Shown: positions 1-8,733, counted from the stretch's first letter. The stretch: DNA of 17,141 nt from Coriobacteriia bacterium (GCA_038249135.1 JBBRWO010000036.1:1-17141), one strand, 5' to 3'. Translations and numbers: made by a program. Notes: generated from the sequence alone by a model not told the origin.

Positions 1-1521
1 GGCCTCAAGGTGACGATCCAGAAGCTCGACCCGTATCTCAACGTCGACCCCGGCACCATGAGCCCCTTCCAGCACGGCGAGGTTTTCGTGACCGACGACG
101 GCGCCGAGACCGACCTCGACCTCGGTCACTACGAGCGCTTCATCGACGAGTCTCTGACCCGCGACTGCAACGTGACGGCCGGCTCCGTCTACCAGACGCT
201 CATCAGCCGCGAGCGTCGCGGCGACTTCCTCGGCGGTACCGTGCAGGTCATCCCGCACGTCACCAATGAGATCAAGGACCGCATCAACCGCCTCGCCGAG
301 CAGACCCAGCCTGACGTCATCATCACCGAGGTCGGCGGTACGGTGGGCGACATCGAATCCCTTCCGTTCCTCGAGGCCATCCGCCAGATGCGCAAGGACA
401 AGGGCCGCGACAACGTCATCTACATCCATGTGACGCTCGTACCGTGGATCGCCGCCTCGAGCGAACTCAAGACCAAGCCGACGCAGCACTCCGTCAAGGA
501 GCTGCGCTCGATCGGAATCACGCCCGACTTCATCGTCTGTCGCAGTGACCGCCCCATCGATGTCGGCATCCGCCGCAAGATCGGGCTGTTCTGCGACGTC
601 GATCCCAAGGCCGTCGTCTCGGCAATCGACGCGCGAAGCATCTACGACGTGCCTGACAATCTTCGCGCTCAGCGCTTCGACGAGATGGTCATCGAGCGTC
701 TCGAGCTCACGTGTGGCGAGCCGGACATGACTGAGTGGGACGCGTTCGTCGCGCACTCGGCGTCACTGTCCGACGAGGTCAACATCGCGCTCGTCGGCAA
801 GTACGTACAGCTGCCCGACGCCTACCTCTCGGTCAACGAGGCGCTCGACCACGCGGGCATCTTCCACAACGTGAAGGTCAACACCCGCTGGATCGACGCA
901 GAGTCGCTCACTCCCGAGGAGGTCGACCAGATACTCTCCGAGATGGACGGGATCCTGGTTCCCGGAGGCTTTGGGATCCGCGGCATCGAAGGCAAGATCC
1001 GCGCTGCCTGCTTCGCCCGCGAGAACCTGGTGCCGTACTTCGGCATCTGTCTGGGCATGCAGGTCGCGGTCGCTGAGTTCGCGCGCCACGTGGCAGGCCT
1101 GCCGGGCGCAAACTCCGCCGAGTTCGATCCGGTGACCGAGCACCCCGTCATCGACCTGATGCGCGACCAGCAGGGAGTCGAAGACATGGGCGGCACGATG
1201 CGCCTTGGCACGTACCCCTGCAAGGTGATTCCGGGTACCAAGGGTCACACCGCGTACGGCGAGGACCTCATCTACGAGCGGCATCGCCATCGCTTCGAGG
1301 TCAACAACGCATACCGCGAGCAGCTCACCGAGGCCGGTATGGTCATCTCGGGCCTGTCGCCCGACGGCAAGCTGGTCGAGATGATCGAGCTGCCGAACCA
1401 CCCGTGGTTCCTCGGCAATCAGGGTCACCCTGAGTTCAAGAGCCGTCCAACCCGCCCGGCACCGCTGTTCCGCGACTTCATCGGTGCGGCGAAGCTGTAC
1501 ATGAAGGCTCGCGAGGTCTGA
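1..1521 (+). CDS. pyrG: CTP synthase, 3' portion (5' end lies upstream of window)
   Basis: The frame is open from nt 1 and the translation [34 protein letters not shown] matches the conserved CTP synthase core. The C-terminal glutamine amidotransferase block GICLGMQ and an HRHRFE motif are present. The TGA stop is at 1519-1521. Confidence 0.9.
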   Translation, partial: GLKVTIQKLDPYLNVDPGTMSPFQHGEVFVTDDGAETDLDLGHYERFIDESLTRDCNVTAGSVYQTLISRERRGDFLGGTVQVIPHVTNEIKDRINRLAEQTQPDVIITEVGGTVGDIESLPFLEAIRQMRKDKGRDNVIYIHVTLVPWIAASSELKTKPTQHSVKELRSIGITPDFIVCRSDRPIDVGIRRKIGLFCDVDPKAVVSAIDARSIYDVPDNLRAQRFDEMVIERLELTCGEPDMTEWDAFVAHSASLSDEVNIALVGKYVQLPDAYLSVNEALDHAGIFHNVKVNTRWIDAESLTPEEVDQILSEMDGILVPGGFGIRGIEGKIRAACFARENLVPYFGICLGMQVAVAEFARHVAGLPGANSAEFDPVTEHPVIDLMRDQQGVEDMGGTMRLGTYPCKVIPGTKGHTAYGEDLIYERHRHRFEVNNAYREQLTEAGMVISGLSPDGKLVEMIELPNHPWFLGNQGHPEFKSRPTRPAPLFRDFIGAAKLYMKAREV

Positions 1522-1522
1522 G

Positions 1523-2644
1523 GTGAGTGACGCGCGGTTGCTCGAGACCTTTCTGGAGCTGGTCCGCATCGACGCCCCACCGGGCCAAGAAGCCGCGACC
1601 GCGCAGTACTGCGCTGACGCGCTGCGTGCAGCAGGATGCGAGGTCTGGTTCGACGACAGCGCGGCAACGACGGGCTCCGATACCGGCAACCTGATCGCGC
1701 TGTTGCCGGGTAACATTCCGAGAACGCTGGCGCTTTGTGCGCATCTCGACGTGGTGGAGCCGTGTCGCGGCATCGATCCGGTCGTGGTCGATGGAATCGT
1801 CGCGTCAGCCGGGCCCACGGTCCTGGGTGCCGACGATCGCTCGGGACTTGCGGCCATCATCGAGTCGGTGCGCCGGCTGGCTGAGAGCGCCACGCCACGT
1901 CCTTCGCTCCGCGTGATCTTCACCGTGCTCGAGGAGATAGGCCTCGTTGGCGCGAAGGCACTACGCGTGGAAGACACCGCGTGTGACCTCTGCCTGGTGC
2001 TGGACGCCGAGGGCACGCCCGGCGGAATCGTCGTGGCTGCCCCCACGCACTACACGTTCACCGCGCAGTTCCGTGGTCGAGCATGTCACGCAGGTGTCTG
2101 CCCCGAGCAGGGCATCAGCGCCCTCGCCATGGCTGCCGACGCGATCACGCGCATGCAACTCGGACGTCTGGACGCCGACACCACGGCCAACATCGGATCG
2201 ATCAGAGGCGGCACCGCGACCAACGTCGTCTCCGGTCGTTGCGATCTGACCGGCGAGTGCCGCTCTTTGGACCGCCCGCGCGTCGAGTCGGTTCGCGCGG
2301 CGATGAGCGCCGCCATGCAGTCCGCCGCCGACGCCGCCGGCGGAGAGGTCGAGATCGTATGGGAGCTCGCTTACGAGGGCTTCCTCCATGCTGAGGACTC
2401 GGCAGAGGTTCTGCTGGTCTCGGAGGCGTGCAAGAACGCCGGCGTCGAGTCGCGCTGTTACCGCACCGGCGGCGGTTCCGACGCCAACGTGCTCGCGGCT
2501 CTTGGAGTACCCGTGCTCGCGCTCGCATGTGGCATGTCGGGCGTGCACGGCGTCCAGGAACAACTCGCTATCGCGGATCTGGAGGCCATCACGCGCATCG
2601 TCGAGGAGACGGTCGCACTCATGTCCGCCGAGGCGTCGGCATGA
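1523..2644 (+). CDS. M20-family metallopeptidase (peptidase T-like)
   Basis: The GTG start lies 1 nt after the pyrG stop, so the two are translationally coupled. Motifs present are HLDVV, GADDRSG (the M20 DDK-G metal site), LEEIGLVGA (catalytic Glu-Glu) and a C-terminal GGGSDA. The N-terminus MSDARLLETFLELVRIDAPPG resembles PepT-like N-termini. Confidence 0.8.
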   Translation: MSDARLLETFLELVRIDAPPGQEAATAQYCADALRAAGCEVWFDDSAATTGSDTGNLIALLPGNIPRTLALCAHLDVVEPCRGIDPVVVDGIVASAGPTVLGADDRSGLAAIIESVRRLAESATPRPSLRVIFTVLEEIGLVGAKALRVEDTACDLCLVLDAEGTPGGIVVAAPTHYTFTAQFRGRACHAGVCPEQGISALAMAADAITRMQLGRLDADTTANIGSIRGGTATNVVSGRCDLTGECRSLDRPRVESVRAAMSAAMQSAADAAGGEVEIVWELAYEGFLHAEDSAEVLLVSEACKNAGVESRCYRTGGGSDANVLAALGVPVLALACGMSGVHGVQEQLAIADLEAITRIVEETVALMSAEASA

Positions 2645-3720
2645 GACTCGTTTGGGCCACGGTTACCGCCGACAACTCATCCTCGGCGGACGCCCAAAAC
2701 CTCACCGTCGCACTCGACGATGGCACCGAGGGTCGCGCCGTCTGCTACCCGGCACTCTGCGGGGCATGCAGCGTCGCTGACCGCGTGCTGCTCAACACCA
2801 CCGCGGTCGATCTCGCTCTCGGCACCGGCGGCCTCCACTTTGTCGTGGCTCGCGGGGAAGCCTCGGGCGTGGTGTTCGACTCGGCCAGTGGCGGACACAT
2901 CATGAAACTCCGCTACACGCCCCTGCAGGTCGACGTCGTCTCGGTCGAATCGCAGGAGAGCCAGCACCACGAGACCATGCGCGCCGCCACGAGCCTTGGC
3001 GGTATGCCGGTCGTGTGCTGTGGCTTGCACAGCCAGGTCCCGCTCGTGGCCGCGTCCGTCAAAGGCGCCGACCCCAACCTCAAAGTCGCCTACTGCATGA
3101 CCGACGAGGCTGCGCTCGCGCTTCCGCTTTCAGATGTCATCCGCGCCTCCCGCCGAGAAGGCCTGCTCGACACGACCGTGTCGTGCGGACAGGCGTTTGG
3201 AGGCGAGTACGAAGCGGTCAACCTTCACTCCGGACTACTGGCTGCTCGCCACGTGGCCCGGGCAGACGTCGCAATCGTCGCCATCGGTCCTGGTGTTGTC
3301 GGCACCGCAACCCCGTTCGGGCACGGAGGCGTGGCTCAAGGCGAAGCGCTCAACTCCGTCGTCTCGCTGGGGGGCACGCCGATCTCGGTCCTGCGCTTGT
3401 CCTTCGCCGACGCGCGGTCGCGGCACCGCGTGGTCTCACACCACACCCTTGCCGCGCTGACGCAGATAGCACTCGCGCCGGTTCGCGTGGCGGTGCCCGG
3501 ACTCCCGCAGGAATACGCCGAGCAGGTCGAACACGCACTGGAGTCCTCTGGCGTGTGGGATCGACACACTCGTGCGGATGCCGCGGCCATCACTCCCGAT
3601 TTGCGCGGAATCCAGGTCACCACCATGGGGCGCGGGCCGCTCGACGACCCGTCGTTCTTCGCTGCGGCATTCGCTGCCGGCGAGGTCGCGGCCCGCATCG
3701 CGCATGATCGTGATGCCTAG
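2641..3720 (+). CDS. conserved hypothetical protein, possibly DUF3866-like; translationally coupled to upstream peptidase
   Basis: The ATG at 2641 overlaps the peptidase TGA (ATGA overlap). The ~359-aa ORF has a glycine-rich segment AIVAIGPGVVGTATPFGHGG. The track ORF starting at 2428 is an upstream extension inside the peptidase gene and is rejected. The family assignment is from memory only. Confidence 0.55.
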   Translation: MRLVWATVTADNSSSADAQNLTVALDDGTEGRAVCYPALCGACSVADRVLLNTTAVDLALGTGGLHFVVARGEASGVVFDSASGGHIMKLRYTPLQVDVVSVESQESQHHETMRAATSLGGMPVVCCGLHSQVPLVAASVKGADPNLKVAYCMTDEAALALPLSDVIRASRREGLLDTTVSCGQAFGGEYEAVNLHSGLLAARHVARADVAIVAIGPGVVGTATPFGHGGVAQGEALNSVVSLGGTPISVLRLSFADARSRHRVVSHHTLAALTQIALAPVRVAVPGLPQEYAEQVEHALESSGVWDRHTRADAAAITPDLRGIQVTTMGRGPLDDPSFFAAAFAAGEVAARIAHDRDA

Positions 3721-3752
3721 CAGCGAGTGACCTGCCCGCCGCATACATGCCT

Positions 3753-4892
3753 CTAGCGCGCTTCCATCTCCTTGATCAGCCGCTCGCGCTCACGCGGCGG
3801 CATCGAAAGCCTGCTGACCAGCAGCGCCAATACGACACCCAAGGCGGCGTCGGCGAGACGCGCATCGAGCAGACTCCATCCCATGTGCGTGGTGAACGCC
3901 GAGAGGGCCAGAAAGAACGCAGTAGAGGCCACCGTGTACGCCACGTAGTCAACTGAACGCACGCTCACGGCAAGGAAAATCGCAGGCGCGAGGGCGACCA
4001 TGAGTAGCGCGCTCGGGCCGAGGGCCTGCGCCAGAGCGATGGCGCCAAGCCCACCAACAAGCGTGCCGATCAGCAGCCGGATGCTGCGTGTCGCATGTGC
4101 AGTGACCCGGGGATGGAGGACGGCGAGAGCTGATCCCGCGATCCACGTGACCATCGGTCGCTGTAGTGCAAAGGAGAGTGCGAGCGCCAAGCCCACCGTG
4201 ACCGCCATGCGGGCGGAGTGACGAGCGATCGCGCTGTCGAGCCTGAGGTGTGTCCGCAAGTTGCCGACCAGCGATTGTGCTCTGTGTGTCACGCCACACC
4301 GAGTGACTCCACTCTGCCGGAACGGTCCCACTGCGAGGAGCAGGGCCCACAGCCCGCCGGCGAGCAGCCCGGGAGTGGTGATGAACCCGGGATCAACGCC
4401 CGACGAGGCGATTCCCAACAGCGCGCAGGTCCCCACGTACAACGAACCGCGGACACCCGCGGTACCGAACTCGGGTGCGAGGCCACAGGCGAAAACGACC
4501 GCTACCACGTAGGGAATCGCGGTGAGCGGCGTCTGACCGACCAGATCGCCGAGGGCGAACGCGAGAGCGGCCAGCACGGTCGTGACTCCGATGGTCCAGG
4601 CTCGGCGTGAGGTCGAGCAACCCGGGTCGACCAGCGCGCCCACAAGGGCACCAACGCCCACCGGCACGAAGATGAGGGGCTTGTTGACGGCGACCCCAAG
4701 CAATAGGGGCGCGTAGAGCGCGAGAAGCACACGTACGCCGGCTGCCCAGAAGGGGCGCCCCGTCGGTCGGACGAGCGTGGTACCTGCGGTTCTCACAACG
4801 GTGCGGGCGACCTGGATAGCATGAGTCTGTCTCGGTAGGGCCATGTGTTGCGAGGTCGCCTCCACGGGGTGGTGTGCGTGTGTATATCGCAC
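3753..4892 (-). CDS. FUSC/ArAE-family integral membrane protein (aromatic/fusaric acid exporter-like)
   Basis: The translation is polytopic and hydrophobic (Ala/Leu/Gly/Val-rich, about 8-10 predicted helices). The C-terminus LSMPPRERERLIKEMEAR is typical of the short FUSC family. An alternative start lies 15 codons in (MALPRQ, ~4847). Confidence 0.6.
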   Translation of the reverse strand: MRYTHAHHPVEATSQHMALPRQTHAIQVARTVVRTAGTTLVRPTGRPFWAAGVRVLLALYAPLLLGVAVNKPLIFVPVGVGALVGALVDPGCSTSRRAWTIGVTTVLAALAFALGDLVGQTPLTAIPYVVAVVFACGLAPEFGTAGVRGSLYVGTCALLGIASSGVDPGFITTPGLLAGGLWALLLAVGPFRQSGVTRCGVTHRAQSLVGNLRTHLRLDSAIARHSARMAVTVGLALALSFALQRPMVTWIAGSALAVLHPRVTAHATRSIRLLIGTLVGGLGAIALAQALGPSALLMVALAPAIFLAVSVRSVDYVAYTVASTAFFLALSAFTTHMGWSLLDARLADAALGVVLALLVSRLSMPPRERERLIKEMEAR

Positions 4893-5140
4893 ACCCTGAA
4901 CGCAATGCCCGCACCACCACGCCGCGTGTGACTGCAGCGTTTTCCGGCCGTTACCGTGCTGTCATCATGTCCCGGCGCGAGGCTCGGTTCCGGCGGCGGC
5001 GATTCTCGAACGGGCGGTGCGTGTGATGCGTCGTCGCACGTAGTAGACTGGTCGAGGTTTGCCTCGGTGCGCACCGTCTGATGCTGGTTTGGCGGGCGCG
5101 TCTCAGTGAAGAGTCACCGATCTGGAAAGGGAGTGTGCAC

Positions 5141-6256
5141 GTGATTGTCGGAGTCCCCAAGGAGATCAAGAACAACGAGTTTCGCGTCGGCATGACGCCG
5201 GCGGGCGTTGCGGAGTTCGTCGCGCACGGCCACAGCGTTCTCGTTGAGAATGCGGCTGGCGAGGGTTCGTCGTTCGCCGATGCCGAGTACGTTGAGGCTG
5301 GCGCCACCATGGTCGCCACCGCCGATGAGGTCTTCGCGAAGGCCGACATGATCGTCAAGGTCAAGGAGCCTCAGGCGGTCGAGATCGCCAAGCTTCGCCC
5401 CGGCCAGATCCTCTACACCTACCTACACCTCGCCCCCGACTACGAGCAGACCATGGGCCTCGTCGGATCCAAGGCGGTTTGCATCGCGTATGAGACCGTC
5501 GAGCTCCCCAACCGCTCGCTGCCGCTGCTGGCTCCCATGTCTGAGGTCGCCGGTCGCATGGCAGCCCAGGTCGGCGCCACGTACCTGCAGAAGCCGTTCG
5601 GCGGACGCGGCACGCTTATGGGCGGCGTCCCCGGCACGCGCCCGGCCAAGGTCGTTGTTCTCGGCGGCGGTGTCGTCGGCACGAACGCCGCCTACGTCGC
5701 GATGGGCATGGGCGCGGATGTCACGATCATGGACGTCAACCTCGATCGCCTGCGCTACCTCGATGAGATCTGGGGCAACCGGATCCGCACCGTGTACTCC
5801 AGCAAGCACAACATCCAGCAGGAAGTCTTCGCCGCCGACCTCGTCATCGGCGCGGTTCTGCTGCCGGGCGCCAAGACGCCGTTCCTCATCACCAAGGACA
5901 TGCTTCCTAAGATGAAGAAGGGCTCCGTGCTCGTGGACGTCTCCGTCGATCAGGGCGGTTGTATCGAGACCACGCACGCGACCACGCACGCCGATCCAAT
6001 CTACTTCGTCGACGGCGTACTCCACTACGGCGTCGCGAACATGCCGGGTGCCGTCCCCAACACCTCGACCATGGCGCTCACCAACGCGACCCTTCGCTAC
6101 GGCCTCGCCATCGCCGACAAGGGCTGGAAGCAGGCGGTCAGAGACGACGCTGCGCTGGCCAAGGGCGTCAACGTCATCGACGGCAAGGTCACCTACAAGG
6201 AGGTCGCGGACGTTCACGGCCTCGAGTACGTGCCGCTGGAGTCGCTGACCGCGTAG
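5141..6256 (+). CDS. ald: alanine dehydrogenase
   Basis: VIVGVPKEIKNNEFRVGMTPAGVAEFVAHGH matches the AlaDH N-terminus, and VVVLGGGVVGTNAA is the Rossmann NAD motif. A GTG start at 5141 is preferred over the ATG at 5081 because the RBS GGAAAGGGAG sits 7 nt upstream. The TAG stop is at 6254-6256. Confidence 0.85.
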   Translation: MIVGVPKEIKNNEFRVGMTPAGVAEFVAHGHSVLVENAAGEGSSFADAEYVEAGATMVATADEVFAKADMIVKVKEPQAVEIAKLRPGQILYTYLHLAPDYEQTMGLVGSKAVCIAYETVELPNRSLPLLAPMSEVAGRMAAQVGATYLQKPFGGRGTLMGGVPGTRPAKVVVLGGGVVGTNAAYVAMGMGADVTIMDVNLDRLRYLDEIWGNRIRTVYSSKHNIQQEVFAADLVIGAVLLPGAKTPFLITKDMLPKMKKGSVLVDVSVDQGGCIETTHATTHADPIYFVDGVLHYGVANMPGAVPNTSTMALTNATLRYGLAIADKGWKQAVRDDAALAKGVNVIDGKVTYKEVADVHGLEYVPLESLTA

Positions 6257-6276
6257 GCCCCATCATTCGATCGTCT

Positions 6277-6318
6277 CTGCGGCCGTCCCGAAGCATCGGG
6301 GCGGCCGCAGTCATTTTG
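6277..6318 (+). terminator. intrinsic terminator of ald
   Basis: CTGCGGCCG-tCCCGA-agca-TCGGG-g-CGGCCGCAG forms a near-perfect 14-bp GC-rich stem and is followed by TCATTTTG. Confidence 0.6.
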
Positions 6319-6358
6319 AGACAGACGATTGCAGAAGTGATGGTGGAGTCCTACGGCA

Positions 6359-8671
6359 GTGGTTGGCGCATTCGCGCCGACACGTACGGAGGGGGCGGAG
6401 AACTTGATCGATCTGTTCAGTACCGTTATCGCGGCTCTCATCTTTCTTGCCGCGGGGCTGGCGGGGCTCTTCATCTTCCTCTGGCTGATTGGATTCAGAG
6501 TCATTCGCAGCGACAAGGTCGCCGTGGTCGAAAAGTGGTGGAGCGCCAAGGGCTCGCTCAAGGATGCCATCATCTCGCTGCACGGCGAAGCGGGCTACCA
6601 GCCCAACGTCTTGCGAGGAGGCATTCACTTCCGGACGCCTCTCATGTACCGCGTGCACGTCATGCCTCTTGTAACGATCTCGCAGGGAAAGATCGGCTAC
6701 ATCTTCGCCCGAGACGGCATTCCGCTCCAGCCGGGTCAGACCCTGGCCAAGGTGGTGCCGGGCAACACCTTCGAGGACGTCAAGGCGTTCATGGAAGCCG
6801 GCGGTCAGCGAGGTCCACAGCGTCAGATTCTCCGAGAGGGAACCTACGCCTTCAACCTCGCTCAGTTCATCATCATCACCGAGGCACAGCTCTACCACCT
6901 GCCGATGGGTGCGGCGGAAGATCAGAGTGCGATCCAGATGATGGTCAAGCATCTCTCCGACGTCGACGGGTTCAATCCGATCGTCATCAAGGGCGCCGAT
7001 GACAAGACCGGCATCATCACCGTCAACGACGGTCCGTCCCTCCCGCTGGGTGACATCATTGCCCCCAACGTAGGCGATCTGCAGGACGATCCCAACTACC
7101 ACAACAACTTCCAGGACCCCGAGGCGTTTCTGGCGGGAGGCGGTTTCCGTGGCCGTCAGTACCAGGTGCTCACGGAAGGTACGTACTTCATCAACCGCCT
7201 CTTCGCGACGGTCGAGCTCATCAATAAGATCATCGTCCCCGTCGGTTACGCCGGCGTCGTGGTCTCGTACTACGGACCCAAGGGCGTGGACACGTCGGGC
7301 GAGGATTATCGCCACGGCGAACTGGTGGCCATGGGCAATCGCGGCGTGTGGAGCGTGTCGCTCATGCCGGGAAAGTACGCGTTCAACACGTACGCCGGGT
7401 CCATCAGCATGGTTCCCACCACCAACATCATCCTGAAGTGGATCAAGTCCGAGACCGGGCAGCACAACTTCGACGAGAATCTCTCGGAGATCGAGCTGAT
7501 CACCAAGGATGCGTTCGAGCCGACGCTGCCGCTTTCGGTGGTCATTCACATCGATTACATGAAGGCGCCCCTGGTCATCCAGCGCTTTGGCGACATCAAG
7601 ATGCTGGTCAACCAGACGCTCGACCCGATGGTCTCGGCGTACTTCAAGAATATCGGTCAGACCAAGACACTCATCGAACTCATTCAGCAGCGCTCCGACA
7701 TCCAGGCGCGTTCAAGCGTCGAGATGAAGGAGAAGTTCGCCCACTACAATCTCGAACTCGAAGAGGTGTTGATCGGTACTCCGCGTTCGCCGGCCGGTGA
7801 CGATCGAATCGAGCAGATCCTCACGCAGCTGCGTGATCGCCAGATCGCGGTCGAGAAGCTCGAGACGTTCGAGAAGCAGAAGATCGCAGCCGACAAGGAG
7901 CGCGAGCTCAAAGAAGCCACGGCCATCGCGGAGCAGCAGACGATGCTCACGCAGTCGGAGATCAACATCAAGGTCCAGGAGAACTCCGGTCGCGCAGAAC
8001 TGCAGCGTGCGACTCAGGATGCCGAGCGCGTCAAGACGCTCGCCGGCGCCGATGCAGAGCGCGTGAAACTCCTCGCAGGCGGCGACGCCCAGAAGGTCAA
8101 GCTCATGGCCGAGGCCGACGCCCAGAAGGTCAAGGTGATGGCCGACGCCGATGCCCAGTGCGTCAAGCTGGTCGGTGAGGCAGACGCCTACCGAGTCAAG
8201 ATGATTGCCGAGGCTGACGCCGAGAAGGAAGCGCGTGTCGGTATCGGTCGCGCCATCGCAATCGAAGAGCAGGTGCGTGCGTACGGCGGACCTGAGTTGC
8301 AGCTGATCCAGGAGGTCATGAACCGCCTGTCGCTCGCCGTCGAGACGGCGAAGATTCCAATCGTCCCCTCGACCTACGTCCAGATGGGCGGAGACGGTGG
8401 AGGAGACGGTAGCAACGGAGGCGGCGCCAACGCCTTCAACCTGCTCATGACGCTGCTCTCCACCGAGAAGCTTCAGGCGTCCGGTGTGCCTGAGGCAGAC
8501 CCTGAGCAGGTCGACGCGGTGAAGGCCATCAAGGCTGCCATTCGCGAGCAGATGGCAGTTGAGCGGACTCCGCATGCGGTGCCGGCCGCGGCCACCAAGA
8601 AGCCGTCGACGAAGACCGAGGCCGGCTCGTCCGCGCCCACAGCTGCTTCGTCGGAGAAGCCGGCGGGCTAG
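6359..8671 (+). CDS. flotillin/SPFH (band-7)-like membrane scaffold protein, unusually long (~755-770 aa)
   Basis: The N-terminal TM helix is LIDLFSTVIAALIFLAAGLAGLFIFLWLI, followed by an SPFH-like start (FRVIRSDKVAVVEKW). There is a flotillin-like C-terminal region (EMKEKFAHYNLELEEVLIG), then a coiled coil and an EA-rich repeat array. The start is either GTG 6359 or, more likely, TTG 6404, which has the RBS GGAGGGGG 8 nt upstream. Confidence 0.65.
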   Translation: MVGAFAPTRTEGAENLIDLFSTVIAALIFLAAGLAGLFIFLWLIGFRVIRSDKVAVVEKWWSAKGSLKDAIISLHGEAGYQPNVLRGGIHFRTPLMYRVHVMPLVTISQGKIGYIFARDGIPLQPGQTLAKVVPGNTFEDVKAFMEAGGQRGPQRQILREGTYAFNLAQFIIITEAQLYHLPMGAAEDQSAIQMMVKHLSDVDGFNPIVIKGADDKTGIITVNDGPSLPLGDIIAPNVGDLQDDPNYHNNFQDPEAFLAGGGFRGRQYQVLTEGTYFINRLFATVELINKIIVPVGYAGVVVSYYGPKGVDTSGEDYRHGELVAMGNRGVWSVSLMPGKYAFNTYAGSISMVPTTNIILKWIKSETGQHNFDENLSEIELITKDAFEPTLPLSVVIHIDYMKAPLVIQRFGDIKMLVNQTLDPMVSAYFKNIGQTKTLIELIQQRSDIQARSSVEMKEKFAHYNLELEEVLIGTPRSPAGDDRIEQILTQLRDRQIAVEKLETFEKQKIAADKERELKEATAIAEQQTMLTQSEINIKVQENSGRAELQRATQDAERVKTLAGADAERVKLLAGGDAQKVKLMAEADAQKVKVMADADAQCVKLVGEADAYRVKMIAEADAEKEARVGIGRAIAIEEQVRAYGGPELQLIQEVMNRLSLAVETAKIPIVPSTYVQMGGDGGGDGSNGGGANAFNLLMTLLSTEKLQASGVPEADPEQVDAVKAIKAAIREQMAVERTPHAVPAAATKKPSTKTEAGSSAPTAASSEKPAG
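8018..8248 (+). repeat. 7 x 33-bp in-frame tandem repeat encoding 11-residue DA(E/Q)(R/K)VK(L/M)xAxA units inside the flotillin-like CDS
   Basis: The DNA units all begin with gatgc(c/a)gag... or gacgcccag.... They encode DAERVKTLAGA, DAERVKLLAGG, DAQKVKLMAEA, DAQKVKVMADA, DAQCVKLVGEA, DAYRVKMIAEA and DAEKEARVGIG. Confidence 0.8.
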
Positions 8672-8700
8672 ACGCTACCTCGCTGCAAGCACGCACTCGT

Positions 8701-8730
8701 ATCGTCGGGACCTCGCACTCGCGGGGTCCC
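8701..8730 (+). terminator. GC hairpin downstream of flotillin-like gene (putative terminator)
   Basis: GTCGGGACC-tcgcactcgcg-GGTCCCGAC is a perfect 9-bp stem, followed by GTGTTCTCTCC. It abuts the earliest possible xerD start. Confidence 0.35.
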
Positions 8731-8733
8731 GAC

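Noticed and set aside
763-2046. 427-aa ORF on the minus strand spanning the pyrG/peptidase junction
   Set aside because: It is antisense to two well-supported genes. The translation is Ala/Arg/Ser/Thr-rich low complexity with no recognisable domain. This is a typical high-GC spurious antisense ORF.
2428-2640. Upstream extension of the DUF3866-like ORF (track start at 2428)
   Set aside because: The extension lies inside the peptidase CDS in another frame. The ATG at 2641 overlapping the peptidase stop (ATGA) is the classic coupled start.
3721-3752. Expected terminator between the convergent DUF3866-like and FUSC genes
   Set aside because: The 32-bp gap has only weak, imperfect pairing (GCATGATC/GTGATGC) and no U-tract, so it is not reportable as a terminator.
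4979-5038. 19-codon Arg-rich mini-ORF (MSRREARFRRRRFSNGRCV) upstream of ald as a leader peptide
   Set aside because: It has no RBS, and Arg-rich runs arise trivially from CGG/CGC-rich non-coding DNA. There is no alanine or relevant regulatory codon enrichment.
5959-7002. 347-aa + strand Arg/Gly-rich ORF overlapping the ald 3' end and flotillin 5' end
   Set aside because: It is out of frame with both real genes and runs through the ald terminator hairpin. Its extreme Arg content is characteristic of off-frame GC-rich translation.
6311-7549. 412-aa minus-strand ORF antisense to the flotillin-like gene
   Set aside because: It lies fully inside a strongly supported + strand CDS. It has no RBS context or recognisable motifs and is Arg/Asp/Val-rich with shadow-frame composition.
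8018-8248. Possible CRISPR-like array because of regular 33-bp repeats
   Set aside because: The repeats are contiguous with no spacers, in frame, and encode a coiled-coil protein segment. There is no cas gene, so this is a coding tandem repeat and not CRISPR.
7712-8575. 287-aa minus-strand ORF antisense to the flotillin coiled-coil/repeat region
   Set aside because: It is a mirror-frame product of the 33-bp repeats (a repetitive LDLLGV-type translation). It is not an independent gene.
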